Shown here in pieces: positions 50,961 through 64,000 of a stretch of DNA of 64,000 nt; position 1 is the first letter of the stretch, and each line of letters opens with the position of its first letter. Source of the DNA: Raillietiella orientalis (lineage: Eukaryota). A program made the translations under genes and the position numbers. The stretch lies in NCBI GenBank assembly GCA_036172245.1, contig JAYWIR010000036.1:186001-250000 (forward strand). The letters run 5' to 3'. The notes below the pieces were generated by a model. The model did no database searches. It was given only the letters and a program-made list of their open reading frames with translations, and was not told the origin of the DNA.

Positions 50961-50994
50961 CTTCTTCTTCTTCTTCTTCTTCTTCTTCTTCTTC
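50961..50994. repeat. (CTT)n microsatellite
   Basis: About 11 CTT units read directly. Confidence 0.9.
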
Positions 50995-51504
50995 AAGTGC
51001 ACCGAAGTCAAGCGTACACCATTCGGCGACCGAAGTTCCAACTGAGGACTCCTACGCCTGCAGCGAAGTTTTCGCGTACGCACCGACAAGCCACGGGTCA
51101 AAACCAGAACCTTTGTTCCAGGACACTTTGGAGCTCCGGTTTTCCCCGTGGAGCAAGCAGGACTCGTTGCCTTTCTTTTTTTTTTTCCTGCCCACGAGAG
51201 GCCTTGACCCTTCGCTTTGGGGATTCCGGCAACGTCGCCTCCTCCGCTAGGAGATCGGAATCGCAGGCTCAGAGATTCCTTCGATCTCACATGACGATGA
51301 ACATTCCTGTTACACTGGGGCTGCAGCAGCCCCCGATCCCCTTTCGGACGGCCCCTCGCCTAAGGTCTTTCGTTTCCAAGGCTCCGAGAATACCAAGGTT
51401 TCGGACGCGCCGGGGATCCGGGACGAAAGCGACGGGAAGATCGGTGCCATCATGAAGTATCCACATTTTTCGTATATGTACAGACGAAGCGTGTACTTAC
51501 TTAC

Positions 51505-51544
51505 CTGGCTTCACGGTGATTTAATGGTGCCCGGTTTCTGGAAT
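51505..51544 (-). other. Candidate isolated 40-nt exon (possibly 5'UTR)
   Basis: Minus strand reads tctctttgtttccggcag|ATTCC...GAAGCCAG|gtaagtaagt, a pyrimidine-rich acceptor and a perfect consensus donor. Two of three frames contain stops. Confidence 0.3.
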
Positions 51545-53216
51545 CTGCCGGAAACAAAGAGATAGTGAGCTGGAAGGTGAAGGCAACACGAAAAAGAGGT
51601 CTCTACGGGAGCGGGAGGCGCGTTGAGGGAACCCGGAACCAGGGCGATGTCACCGTCGAAATGGACCCTGAGGTCGCCTTCTTTTTTCAAGCCGTGTGAA
51701 TCTCTTTCGCACGGGTGAGGAGCGGGGATGGGACGCCTCGTAGGGAAGGTGCGAGCAACCACGGTAGCTTTCCCCGAGGTGGGGACGACCTGCTGGATGG
51801 GAACAAAAGACGCTGGGACGGACAAGTGAGCTGCCGAGAGACAGCCGGAGCAGTCCACGAGTTATTCGGGAGAAGTACCCTAGGTCAAGCGTGACCAATC
51901 CGACTGCCCTTCCAAAGACTCGGATACAGCCAGAGCGCTCAAGGAGCCCTACGCTGCTTGTTGCTGCAGCAGCAGCACGCTGCAGCCGAAGTCCTTGAGC
52001 GACAAAGTCATAACAAACATGAGCATGTCATGTGGCACCATTGGAGGCAGGGGAGGATGTTGACTTCTTCCCGGGTGAAGAGATTCTTCCAAATGGATGA
52101 AAAGGAAGTTATCGTGATTAAAGAGGCATTTTGGATCCCTACCCTCCCCCCCTCCTTCTTTGCGTGTTTCTGCTCCTCCCCTGAGGGTGTGTACTGCAGA
52201 GAGGGTTTTGAAAAGGCTCACCTTTTCTTCCTCTTCCATCTTCATCCCAATATTTTGGCGTCGCAGACGGTGAAAGTCAGCGGAACGCCCCTCACTAACG
52301 CTTTGCGAGACGACGGAATCTTCTTCTGACCCCCCACGAGCCTTCGGAAAGTCTCGACAAGCAACCGCCGTCTCCACCATCCGTTCTTGGGACAGAGGAA
52401 GTGGGTCCGACATCGGAGAATCGCCCGTCTTTGCCCCCGCGTTCGGCATCATCCGCGACCGCCGCCCCGGGCCGGTTCCCCTTGAAATCGATGTCCCACC
52501 GTGTGGACGGCGACTCCGCTGCGGAAAGCGGGGAGGAAATGACGCGGGTGTTTTGAGGAAAAATCCGGGTGGCGATCCCGGAAGAGCGAACCATTCCCGG
52601 AGTGTGGGGGAGAGGGATACGGGAGCAAGGAGAAAAAAGGCAAGGGTACGTGGCCCCTTTTCGGAAAGATCTGCCAAAAGGCAGCGGCGGCGCCAGGAAC
52701 AGATGGGCTTCCTTCGGGCGTGCTTCTCTCTGTGCACACAGAGGAACTCTTGCATCCCTCCCGAGGAAGGAAGGAAGAAGAAACGGTTAGCGCCAGGATC
52801 GCACCGACACGTGGCGCTACGGAAGCGGAAAGAGATGGGCTTTCGATCGGCCGCTGCGCCTGGGAACTGGACTACGACGGCGGCACGCCGCGACTGTGGT
52901 GCGTGCGGCATCGCCGCCAGCGCCAGCAACGCGTTCCAGCCCGAGAGGGCGATGCCCACCCGAGAGACGACGACGTTCCCTGGAGACCGTCTACCGCGAG
53001 CAAGAGCCACCTAGCCTTCGGAATGCACAGCCACTGTCGCTGCTGCTGCTGCTGCTGCTGGCGACGACGAGCCGCCGCAGAAGAGAGGGCAGGAGGCGTG
53101 CCGACGGCCCACATGCTTCGGGCGAGAGACAAAGAAGAAGGAAAAAAGCATTGCTGTTGCTGCTGACGAGCACCCCCGCCGGAGACCTCTCGACGCAGAG
53201 GTGCGTGGTCGAAAGC

Positions 53217-53248
<32 letters not shown>
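53217..53248. repeat. (GAC)n microsatellite
   Basis: About 10 GAC units read directly. Confidence 0.9.
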
Positions 53249-53249
<1 letters not shown>

Positions 53250-56200
53250 AGGAGTCCTGCCGGTTTCCACGGACACCTCTTCACGTGAAGCCAGCCCGGC
53301 GTTCGCATCCGGCAGGACCCAAACATCCCGGGGAGGGCCAACCGCATCACGGAGGAGGAGGAGAGCATCCCTACAGCCATATTTTCGTTCAACCCCCTCT
53401 TCCTCTCTCGTTCTTGTCAAAAATTTTCAAATCTCGTGCTGTAGCAGGGATAGCAAATCACAGGATACTAAATAAAAGCCGTGCACGATTTTCACTGCGA
53501 GGTGAAAAACGATCGCTGTCAAGAGTGGAGTTATTTGACGTTTGCATGACTTACCCAGTCATCTGAAGCAGTCGACGGGGAACAAAATCTTGGGAAAATT
53601 ACCAATGTCGGGAGCAGGAACCCCATCATTAATTTAAAAGTTCGATTTCTTTTCTTTTCTACTGTGAAGCTTCCAGAAGGACATCAATAAAATATTGATG
53701 ACGATCCACACAATCGTAGCAAAAGAAAGATCAAAAGCGCGCCAAGCAACGTTTCCGAGAGCTCTCTGCGCTTGGAGGGGGGGGGGGGGGAAGACGACGA
53801 CGCAACCGAGCCAGGATACCGACGTGCGTGGAAGTCAGGAATGCTCCCAGGACGGATGCCGCCTTCCGGCGCGGGTTGCTGCTTGCTTCACCACTTCCTC
53901 GTTCTTACCGTTAAGTAGCTGTTTGTGACCACGTCTGTCCTTATGCAGAGACAAATTTGGCAGCGCGCGCGAGCCCGGGAGGGAGAAGGGGGGGGAGGGG
54001 AACCAAGGGAAACTGCAGCTTACCGTGCAAATAGGAAACGGATCTGTGCTCATGTGTGTGGTATCCACCCATCTAGAGTTCGGCACAGATGTGCACGCAA
54101 GCACTTGTGGGGGGGGGGGGGGAAGAGAAAGAGGGGGAAAAAAAAAAAAAAAAAAAACAGCAGAAATCGGTGGTGCAAGTGAGGAATCGGTGTCCGACCT
54201 TTCGTCTCGGCCCCTCGCGCTTCGAGTGCAGGAAGGGACGGGGGGAGGGAAAGAGCGGAGGACACTTTGCAGTGGGGACCGTGCCCGCCGAGGTGTCGTC
54301 GCCGAGCAGGCACGCGCGCCGCAGCACGGAGAGTGAGGAGAGGAGGGGCGACGGGACGCACAACAACGGCAGCTGAAGGATCTCCTGCTCACCGGCAAGA
54401 TGGCGGCGGTCGACGCTTCATCCGACGGTTGTTGCCGTGGCTGCGATGGTGGTGCGTCGGGCAAGGCGCGCGGCTCCTAAGCACGCCGTCGTCTCTCGGC
54501 GTTTCTCTTCCGTGTGGCTCGTCAGACGACCAACGCACGCACGAAAAAGTGCACTTCCCTCATTCCGGGGGAAAGGGTGGAGTGGGTTGGGGCAGAGGGG
54601 GGGGGGAAGCGGTCCGCCTTTGAATTTTCTCTCCCCTCCCCCCCCCCCCCACTTTAAAGCGACGACGTCGATTCCGCAGGGTTTCCCCTTTCCTTTCCCC
54701 CCCCCCCCCCCGTACCAGAAGAACGCGCGCACCCGGAAAAGCAACTTCCCGTAGGGCTTGTGAGTGGCTCCGCAGCTTTGTTTGCTCTCTTGTTTTTGGC
54801 TCTCGACAAACAAACGGAGCGCTCTCTCACGAAGAGTCGAAAAAAATGGTAAGAAAAGCAACAGGAAGGAAGGTCCGATTCCCTTTGAGGAATCCGGGAG
54901 ACGCGGGTGCGGGAAGAGTTCCCGAGGACAAAAAAAAAAAAAAAAAAGGAAGAAAAAATGCAAAGGAAATGATCTTGCAAAAATCCCGACTGAGAGAAGA
55001 GCACCGGTGAGAGAGAGAGAGAGAGCGTCGGGTCTAAAAGTGGATTTCCTGGGACAATCTCGCCAGTGGCTCTCTTTGTGTCGGTCCGAAGGATGGAAAA
55101 GCATTAAGGAGTTGCCTTTTTCGTTTCGTTCTGCCTTTACGACCGCGTTCAACAACTCGAACCTCATCTTTATTACGATCCTACTCGGTCGATGGGATTA
55201 ATTTCTTTTTGAATGTCGCCGAAGCGTTTCGAGCTCCTCGGGACATTTTTCTTTGGAAACAGGAAGAGGCCGGAAAAGGAAGAGGGGGGGGGGGGAAGGA
55301 ACATCCTCGCGGATCTCGGAAGGCCGAACCAGCAGTTTATTTGCATTCTCGCAAGCCATGACCGATGGGAAACATTCCAGCGACTCCGGGACGCTTTATC
55401 AGAACAATTACTCTAATTGACGCCAAAGAGCGATGCGACGGACACCAATTTTACGATCTTCGGAGGGAGTGGGGGGGAAAAAAAGGAGAGGAAGAAATTC
55501 GGAATGCAGCCATTATTGGAGATCACACACTTCACGGGACTCATAAAAGTTGCAGATTCCAGACATGCGTAACGTGACGGATGATCTCTTTTTCGATTTA
55601 TCGCTGCGTACGGTTTTCGGACGAGCGTTTCCAGCTATCCGCTGCCGAAACACCGGCTGATCCGCCGCTCGCGTGACGGCGCTAAATCACAAGGAATCTC
55701 CTGGCAACCTCATCACAGAGGAGGAGCATCGGCGGCTTGCGCAGGAGGAGGAGAAGAAAAAAAAGGGAAAGAAAAAAAAAAAATTTTTTTTTTTTTTCCT
55801 TTCCGCCAGCATCCAGATGATCGTTCGAGATAGGAGATGCTCCCGCGGCACGTCTCGCAGCTTGCAAAGGGAGCGAATACGACTTCGTGACGGAGTAACC
55901 CAGCAACGGCACGCGCGCGTGCATACCTTTCCCTGCAATCAACGCACGGCGGAATTTTCCCCCGCCGACCGAGCTGCGCGGCAACCGGTCGGCGCGTCGA
56001 AGTGACCACCGCAGGTACGGCGGCGTGAAGGCCGCCGAGTCGGCACCCCTGGAAACAGCAGCTGCAAGAACGGCCGGCCCTACGGAGCGCGCGCGGGATG
56101 GACGCCTGCCCTGCCCCCCCCCCCTTTCCCCTGCGGAGTGCGTGCGTGGGGGGAGGACTGCCAATGGGTGATGGCCGTCCACAGAGCTCGCGCGAACGAC

Positions 56201-59200
56201 GGCGGCGGGGCTCCTCGAAACCCCACCTGCTCGCAGCAGAGAGACCTACGGACGCTGCTTCGCCCGCCCTGGGACGGCCCAGCCGCGCGCCTCCCCGCTT
56301 CTAGCCCGCCAAGGTCCCCTCCGGTCCTTCCGTTCGGCGGCAGGCGCGCCGTTGCTCTACGCGCCCGCGAGCCCCGCGGCGATGGAGCTCGCAACAACAA
56401 TGGCAGGGCAGAGGCTCGCAGCGGCCCCTCACCAGCCGCAGCAGCTCTTTCGTAGCTGCGGCGGATGGGGCAAGCTGCTGGATATCCTGCACAGTGTCCG
56501 TCTGTCCCCCGGGACAGACACGGCCTCTCATCAAAGTCTCCCCTCCCTACGCGGCGCCCTTCGCCCGGCAGCTCGCTCGCAGCTCCCCGCTGCCTCCACG
56601 GGATGGCGGCTGCCTGGAGCGACGCAAGAGGACGGAGCGACAGGGGTGCCACATGCACATCGCCGTCCGATTCATGAGGATGGCAACGCGATGGCCCAGC
56701 CTGAAGAGCGGCATGCAATGAGAGCTTGCCGGTACCCTCCAAAGGATGCAGAGGAATGCCCCCAGCAGGACGTGCCCCTCCCACCACCCCCGTGTTCATC
56801 CATTTATATTTATTTATTTAGTTTTCATTTTTTTTTGTTTTTGCTTGCCCCTCTCCTCTACTGCCGTGGCGGACCTCACCGGTCTGCGCACCGGCTACCC
56901 GACAGGTTCTCCTTGAAATGGGCGTGGTTGGATCACTGGTCCTAGCGCAGACTTTGTCCATGTTTACTTTTGTTTTTTTTTATAGAATAAACGCTCCGGC
57001 GCACCCGGGTGGAAATCCGTAGCGGCGGCGGCGATGCGCGCGTGCGTGGGAACGGACGGAGGCCGATGCGCGGAAATCGTGAGGCGGCGGTGGAAGCTTC
57101 GCTGGCACCCTCCCCCGGCTGGACGCGGGGCTAAGGGTCGCTGCCGGCAGGCCGCGGAGAAAGGTTGCAAAGGGCAGCCGCAGCCGTCGGCCGACGGGAC
57201 GAGTGAGCGGGCAGCGGCGACAGCGGCTTCGCGGACGTGCCCCCCGACCGGCCGGCGCTGGGGGCCACTCGCGGGGGTCGTGGACCCACCCTCGTCCTCG
57301 GTGTCTCCCGAGAGAGGCCGCCGCCGCCACCTGCTCCTCCCCCCGTTCCTGCCCCCTCCCCCACCTCTTTCCTTCTTCTCCCTCTCCTCTTCCCTCCCTC
57401 CCCGCTACCCGGATTTCATTTCGTGCGTTCGCTCGGAACAGCTTCCCAGATTTTTCCCGAGATGAATTCCCTCCTGCTTTTTCCTTTTTCTTCCTTTTTT
57501 TTTTTTTTTTTCCTCTCTTCCCCCCCCCCCCTTTTTTTTCGTCTCCTTGGAAAAGCATTTTGTCATCCTGTATTAAAAGCGCGCGCCCAAGAAAAGGAGG
57601 AGCAGGAAGAGCTGGCGGATGCAGGGAACGGGGAGGAGGGGGGGGAGGAATTTTTCATATTTCACGGATCCCGAGCGCATCGGATGGAGAAAACTCGTTT
57701 CGCCTCTTCCGCCTGTGAGCGGAGGCCCTTCGTGCCTCCCCCTCCGCCGGTCCCGAAAGGGCGCTCCCGCTGCTGACGCGGGGGCTTCGACCGTCCAGGG
57801 GGGAAGCCGTGAAGTCCACTGCGACGAGCAGCAACTCATCCTCCCCCTCGCCCCCAAGCCGACCCACCTCCCTCCTTCTCCTTCAAAGGCTCCGACCGCC
57901 CCCTCCGGTGTTCTCGGGGGAGGCAGGGAGGAACGCGCTGTCGGATCGGCCGGTGCCGGGAGAGTGAGGGGCGAAGCCGAGACGGAGAGGGCGTGCCGGC
58001 ATTTCTGCCGGGACGCGGATGCCGTAGGGGAAGGCGGCGGCGGCGGCGACGGAGGTGCGCACTCCCGCCTCCCCCACCCCATTCCCCAGGGACGCGCTGC
58101 GCGCCACGAGAATCCTCCCCCCCCCCATCCTAGAAGGACGAGCGTTAGGGATGGGAGGGAGGAGGCCATGCTTGCGGCACGGGATCGCCCGGCGTCCCCG
58201 GGAGAGAGAGCTCTGCCCTCCGTCGCTCGGCGGGTCCACGCGCCTCGCCCCGCTCCCGGGAAGGCCTCAGCATCTCAGGAGGGGACGAGAGGGTCCCCCT
58301 CCACCCAATGGTCGCTGCTGCTTGCCTTCCTACGCCAGTTCCAATCGATACGCGGCCGCCGCCGCGACGGTCGATGGGGGAGAAGGCAGATAGGCAGCGA
58401 GGGAAGGGGAAGGTGGAACTCCCAGGTTCTCCCTCCTTCCCTCCCTCTGCCTGTTTGTTCCCGGGCGATCGGAGCCGACCGGGAACGCCCGCCTCCCGCG
58501 CACGCTCCGTCCGCGCGCGGCCCGCGTCCTCCGCCGACCGTCGATCACCGCGAGTCAACGGACGGAACCTCCGCTCCTTTGTTACTCCCGAAAGGCACGG
58601 AAAGGAAAAGGAAAAAAAAAAAAAATTCCTTCGCCGCCTTAATCGATTCGTGGGCTCCATGGGAACGCGCCGGGGCGAAAACTCGTAAAAGCGTGACGCC
58701 CGGGCGCCACCAGCTGCTGTGGCGGCCCGCCGAAACGAGCGCGTGCCGCCGCGATGGAGAAAGGTCGGTCGACCTCCTCCCATCTTCGCTCCTGGCGGCG
58801 CGCGCGCGTTCCCCCCCCCCCCCCTCCTCCCCTTCTTGGAGGGAAAGGGGGGAGGACGTTCGGTAGGGACCGCTCGCTGCCGCGGGGAGAAGAACGGGAT
58901 CGTTCGGTGGGAGGGAGAAAGAAAAAGGAAGGAAACGTCTCGCGGTAGCTGCCGTCTCAGCAGCAACAGCAGTAGCAGCAGAAAAAGAAGAAGCAGAGAC
59001 AACGCTGGGCGACGCCATCTTCCTCCGAGGAAGAAGATGCGAACTCGCGTGGACGCCTCTCTGCTGCTGCTGCTGGCGAGCCGCGTGCGTGTACGCGCCG
59101 CGCAGTGGACTTCAAACGGACCGACACGCCAAGGCAACGACATAATCGATTTCGGGACACACGCTGGGCAGCTTGCCATAAGCCGTGTCTGGACGTGGCG

Positions 59201-62200
59201 TGGAGCAGGCGAGCGGACGGCTCTTTGCATTCGGGGGGGGAGGGGGCATCCTTTGAGCCGGACCAGGCTGGTGCTTAACCCAGAAGATTAGAACAACAAA
59301 GGGGAGAGGAAGGGACGAAGATCACGGGAACGTGCGCACGCGGGGAGCGCGAGCGGACTGCAGAAGATGGAGGAATGTGGAGAGGGCACGCTTGAAGGCG
59401 CCGAAGGACGTGTCCCGGGTCCCCGCGTGCTATTTCTTCTTCCCTCCCCCCCCCCCCCTCCCCACGAGGGAGGACCACGAGCGTGCACGAGAGAGAGAGT
59501 AAGAGAGAGAGAGAGAGGGGGGGGGAATGATGCACTGCCCTGAAGAGAGCGGTGATGTCAAGGTAACTCCTCGCGCAGCAGGTAGCGGCGTGGCCCTCCT
59601 CCCCCTTCCTCCTTGCGTCCCCATATCGAAAGGATTCGAGGGCGGACGCGGTGGAACCCAAGCCAAGTGATGAGCGACCTCTGCCTGCCACGCATCGTCG
59701 TCCGTCGGCCTCTTCGCCTCGCTCCCCCATCACACTCCCTCCTCCTCTTTCCTGCCCGGAGGAGAAAGCGTTCCCGGAATCGGCGTTCAGAGTAGGGGAA
59801 ATCAGCAATTATGGGTTCCAGCGGCTTCCTTCGCAAACAGTCCAGAAGTAAGTAGATCGTCCGGGGGGAGGGGAGAAGGATCAGCATTCTGAGAATGCTG
59901 CCCGGGAAGGGTGGTCGCCGCCATTGCTACCCACGTTGCGGTGGCCACCGTCATCACCGGCACACCCGGCGGTGGGCGTTTTCATTTTGGACCGCCGTCT
60001 GTGGTCGACCCCAGGTCTGCCGCCACGCGACGACCTCGTCGGCCGGGATTTCCGATTGGCCACGCTGGGCACTTTGTTTCATTCTGGAGGAAAATCGCCA
60101 CGAGAGATTTTCCTTACGAGCGTCGCTCAGCGTCGGAAAGGTACTTCCAGGGTTGGTATGAAAACCTGGAAGGAGAATGCGTGGTTACATCCAATCTCTG
60201 GATGCTGCCGACGTCGTGAAGTGGAACAGAAATTTCCGAGGAATGCGGCATGCGATGCTTATTCATCATTGGTTACGACGACTGCTTATGACGAACGATG
60301 ATGGTGAACTCGAAATGGAAAAGGCAGAGGAACAAGAAGAAGAAAAGGCAATCGGCTGGAATCAGATTTTCATTACGACGGAGAGGATCACGCACTACCT
60401 GAAGCCCAAGTCTCCTGCTGGACTTCGATCCGTCCTTTTTCCTTATTCGTAGAAAAAAAAAAAAAAGGCTTCGGGAAGACGACCTCCTGGCACAAGTCAT
60501 CTCTGCCCGGTGAAACAAAGGTAAACAGCGAATGCGAAACTCTGCCAGAAGAACGGCCACGCTGTTTGGCCAACGGTCGGGAACGCACCCTCCTCCCGTT
60601 CTACGGACGCGGTTCTTCGCGTGGAGAGAAACGTTTCCATTTTAAAACCCATATTTTACGAGTTTGGACAGCAAGAGAACTTCGCGGAATCGGCAACAAC
60701 CGCGAGAGGGTATTTAATAAGAAGAGTGATAAAGGCGGTTCCGAATGATTTTCAGCTTGTTCCCACTCGAACCACTTGATGAAACATGACTAAAGAGATT
60801 TCGGAAAATTTAATAAAAAAGAGAAGAAATGCCCTCGCGAACAGCGGCTACCTACACTTTCCGCTCTCCTCGTGCCGCGTGGACCGAACGCGGAATAATT
60901 TAGAGAATCGTAAATTTAATGAGAATCATTAATGAGCGACAAAAGGAACGGGAAAAAGAAATGCAGTCGATGTGGATGCACACCCCGTCATTACTTCGCT
61001 GCTAGTGGCGAATCGCAAAAACAATGATGATTTACACAGGTAAATTACACTTAAGTATAGCATGCATATTATATATTACGCGGGGTCGGCGGTTTTACGA
61101 GGAAAACGTGAAGGCCTCCGTAAATGCACAAAAATCGATGCACCTTCCGGTTGGTTCGATGCGGCCGCTCGACCGGACGGAGAGCCATGGTTTCCGCGGT
61201 TCCGGCGAAGGCGCCACTCATTGTTGCCGCGATCGCGCGCGGTTGCCTGGCTGCCGAGAGCACAACCAGCACGAACCCTTCCTCCTACGGTAGGCAAGCT
61301 GCTTAAGGCGTTCCGTCTAGCGATGCTCCGGAATTTCCAATTTGTAGACTTTCGGGTTTCCGTGCCATCGCGAAATGTCATGTTTGGGAACAGCGGCAGG
61401 ACGGGTTCTCTCCCCTCCTCTCCCTCCCTCCCCCCTCCCTCCTCCTCCTCTCTCCAGCGCACACACCGCGCTCGTCAACGCTTCCTTTCCTCCCCCCCCT
61501 AACGTCAAGCAAGGGGAAAACGGCGGCGCGCGCGCCCTCTTCCAAAGTCCGGGAACCGTATAACCGTTGCGGGAGTTTTCAACATTTTTATGGCACGGTC
61601 AAGCGCAACAAATGACACGCTGATAAGCGTGGCCGTCGACGAGGGAGCTCGGAGAGACCGATCGTTCCTGTGGGGGGGGATCTCGCTTTTGCGAGAGGGC
61701 ACACAGACATAATTGACCACGCCTGGCTCCGCTAGAAATCAAGTCGTAATGTCGTCTCTGGACACTCCAACACATTGGAGATGAAATACACTTTTCTCTC
61801 CCTCCCTCTGCCTTCGCCGAAGGTTTCCTTATTTCTTTAATCGCTTTGGCAGTTTCTTTTGTGTGTGCGTGTGCGCGCGCGTGTGTTGCATCAACTTTCG
61901 CTGGCTTGGAAGAAATTTTGGGTCCGAAAGGTCTGGACATACGAGAACACCGTTCCTCCCAGCTTCCTCGTCCCCCACGCTTTCCGTGCGAGACCCTGGT
62001 TTCCCTCTCTTCGAGAAGCGGAAGGGAGAAGGAAGGGAAGCTTCGGAATTTCGAAATTCTTCTTGGATCTCGTGCCTTCGCTCCGTTCTTGACGGAGACA
62101 AGAGTCACAGTGGAGAAGGGAAGAAGCGTCCGGGAAGGGAAGGGAGGAGGGGAAGAGAGAAAGCAAAGATGCACACCGGTAGGGGACGAACACCTCTCCG

Positions 62201-64000
62201 CCCCTCCCGAGCGGGCCTCTCGTGGAGCATCCGCCGGTCAGAAGATGAACATCACGACTGTCCCCCGTTTCCCACAGCCCCCAGGAATGGGAACGTGGAG
62301 GGGGAGGCGTAGGGAGGGAGGAGGGCCGCCTCTACACCCTCTCTCCCTCAAGACCACCCCTCCTTCCCCTGTCAGCTCCTCGAGATTCCGTGCGCGCCCT
62401 CGCAGACGCTGCCGCCATCCTCACGGAAGGCAGAAACCGGCTGGAGGCTGAGGAGAGCTCCTTCCTGAGGAAGGAAAGAGGGGTGAGAAGGCGTGGCGCA
62501 GCCCCCTCCCTCTTACGCCTCTCTCCCCTTGGGATTCACGCCGTCGCCAGCATACCCGGCTTCTCTGCTGACGAAGCTTCAGGACGCTCACGGACTCTGG
62601 GCGGCTCCGGGGAAGCGAAAAGCTTCCCGAAGAGGAGTTCGTGCCTACAAAACTTCTGATCCCGCTTCGCCTATCCCTGCCCCTCTCCTCACTCTTGGGA
62701 AAGTTGGAAAAAGAGATGGGAAGGTACAGCACTCCTTCCGAGAAAGCCACGGCCTCTACAAGTCCGCCACTCGACCCCCAAGGTGTGAGGAGCCTTCTCT
62801 TGGGAAAGAGTGGAGAACAGGAGAGAAGGCGGTGGGGGAGGGGGCGAAGGAAAAAAGGAGAAGGAACAGAGCCCTTCCGGGGGACACGGAACGTCCCCGG
62901 TCCTGCCCGAGGAGGTGTCGCGAAAGCCAGGGGTTCCCCTTCGCCCCCACGAGGAACGACAGGGTGCAGCCGTTCCTGAAGAGCCAGGGTTTCCCCTCGA
63001 TCCTAGAAGTTGCCCGGGATTTCCCCCAGCCCCAACTCTTTCCGATCCCTTTTCAACGCGGGGAGAGCGGACGAGAGAGTGGAGGTAGCGGGAAAGGTGG
63101 GGAAGTCCGCGAGTGCTCTCCTTCCCCTTTACCCTTTTCCTTAGTCCTGCCCCCTCCTCCAGAGGATGGGACGCAGGCGTAGGCGATCGGGGGCAGCAGA
63201 CCCCTACGAACGTCTCTTCGAGATCCTACTGGTTTCGCCTCAAGGGCCGGGACGGCCTACCCCTTTCCATCGATGTAGGAAACAGAGTGTGGCGGCTATG
63301 GGCTCCCCTCTCCCATTCAACTCTCGCCCTCTCCTCACGTCGACATGAGTCCCGGGGGAAGAATTTTTCCCCTTTCCTCCCCTCTTAACCCCCCCTTCCC
63401 TCCCTTTCCGAAAGGGGGAAGCAAACGAGAAAAGAAACCGGACGGCCTTTCTCCTCCCGAGGGGACTCGGCCTTTTTTTTTTTCCAGAGGGGAGACATGG
63501 GAGCTCGGTGGCGCGCGGCAGAGTGCGAGGAAGGGTGAGCAGTCGAAGGTGTCGCGGGGGGCAGGCGCGAGGTCGGCCTTTTCAGAGGGTACTCTCTGCT
63601 AAACGGTTCTACCCTCCCCCTTCGCAGTGGGGACCAACTCTGAGCTTCGGGAAACCGCCCGACCATCCTCCCTTTCCGGAGATGCTTCCCGGTCAGTCTT
63701 CCCCCTTTCTCTCTGGACGGCACATTGGAAGCCCCCTTTTGGCTTCCTTTTTCCACTAATGCTTTTCCCGTTGCGTGCCGCCCGGTATCCAGCCGAGGAA
63801 GAGGGGGGGCAGGTGCCACTGCCATTCCTCGGAAGGAGGGGAACGGATGGGCCATCTTCTCAGAAGCGAGCAGGGGGAAATGGAGTAAGAGCAATGGAAC
63901 ACTCTTGTCGCACCATCTTACCTTCCCTGAGTGAGTGGACGGAGGGTCGGGCCAGATTACAGAGCTGCGGCCCCGAGTGCCCCACCTCGAGGACTTCTGC

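Noticed and set aside
51499..51510. ACTTACCTGGC resembles the U1 snRNA 5' end
   Set aside because: No U1 stem-loops or Sm site follow. It is better explained as the reverse complement of a consensus 5' splice site.

Overview
Eukaryotic (invertebrate) genomic DNA with GT-AG introns, many only 40-80 nt long. A clade I nematode such as a whipworm is my inference and is unverified. No prokaryotic features or CRISPR arrays are present. Two genes can be reconstructed exon by exon: a compact 3-exon ERCC8/CSA WD40 gene (+, 16053-17221) and, only 46 bp away tail-to-tail, an invertebrate-type latrophilin/Cirl adhesion GPCR (-, 17268-31899, about 1050 aa; signal peptide, RBL/Gal-lectin, S/T linker, HRM, GAIN/GPS, 7TM, tail). 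The most interesting signals lie in the latrophilin gene. (1) Two paralogous 107-nt exons with identical phase encode alternative C-terminal halves of the lectin domain and can only be used mutually exclusively; further degenerate exon candidates sit in the same cluster. (2) The GPS autoproteolysis triad is R-L-N instead of H-L-T/S and the TM6/TM7 hinge glycines are absent, suggesting a non-cleaved, signalling-atypical receptor. (3) A pre-miRNA-sized hairpin lies in intron 1. The window also holds a frameshifted histone H2A pseudogene at the left edge, a possible very decayed mariner relic, an AT-rich island at about 11.9-14.7 kb, and GC-rich, simple-repeat-rich non-coding DNA (0.2-11.9 kb and 32-64 kb) whose long ORFs look spurious.
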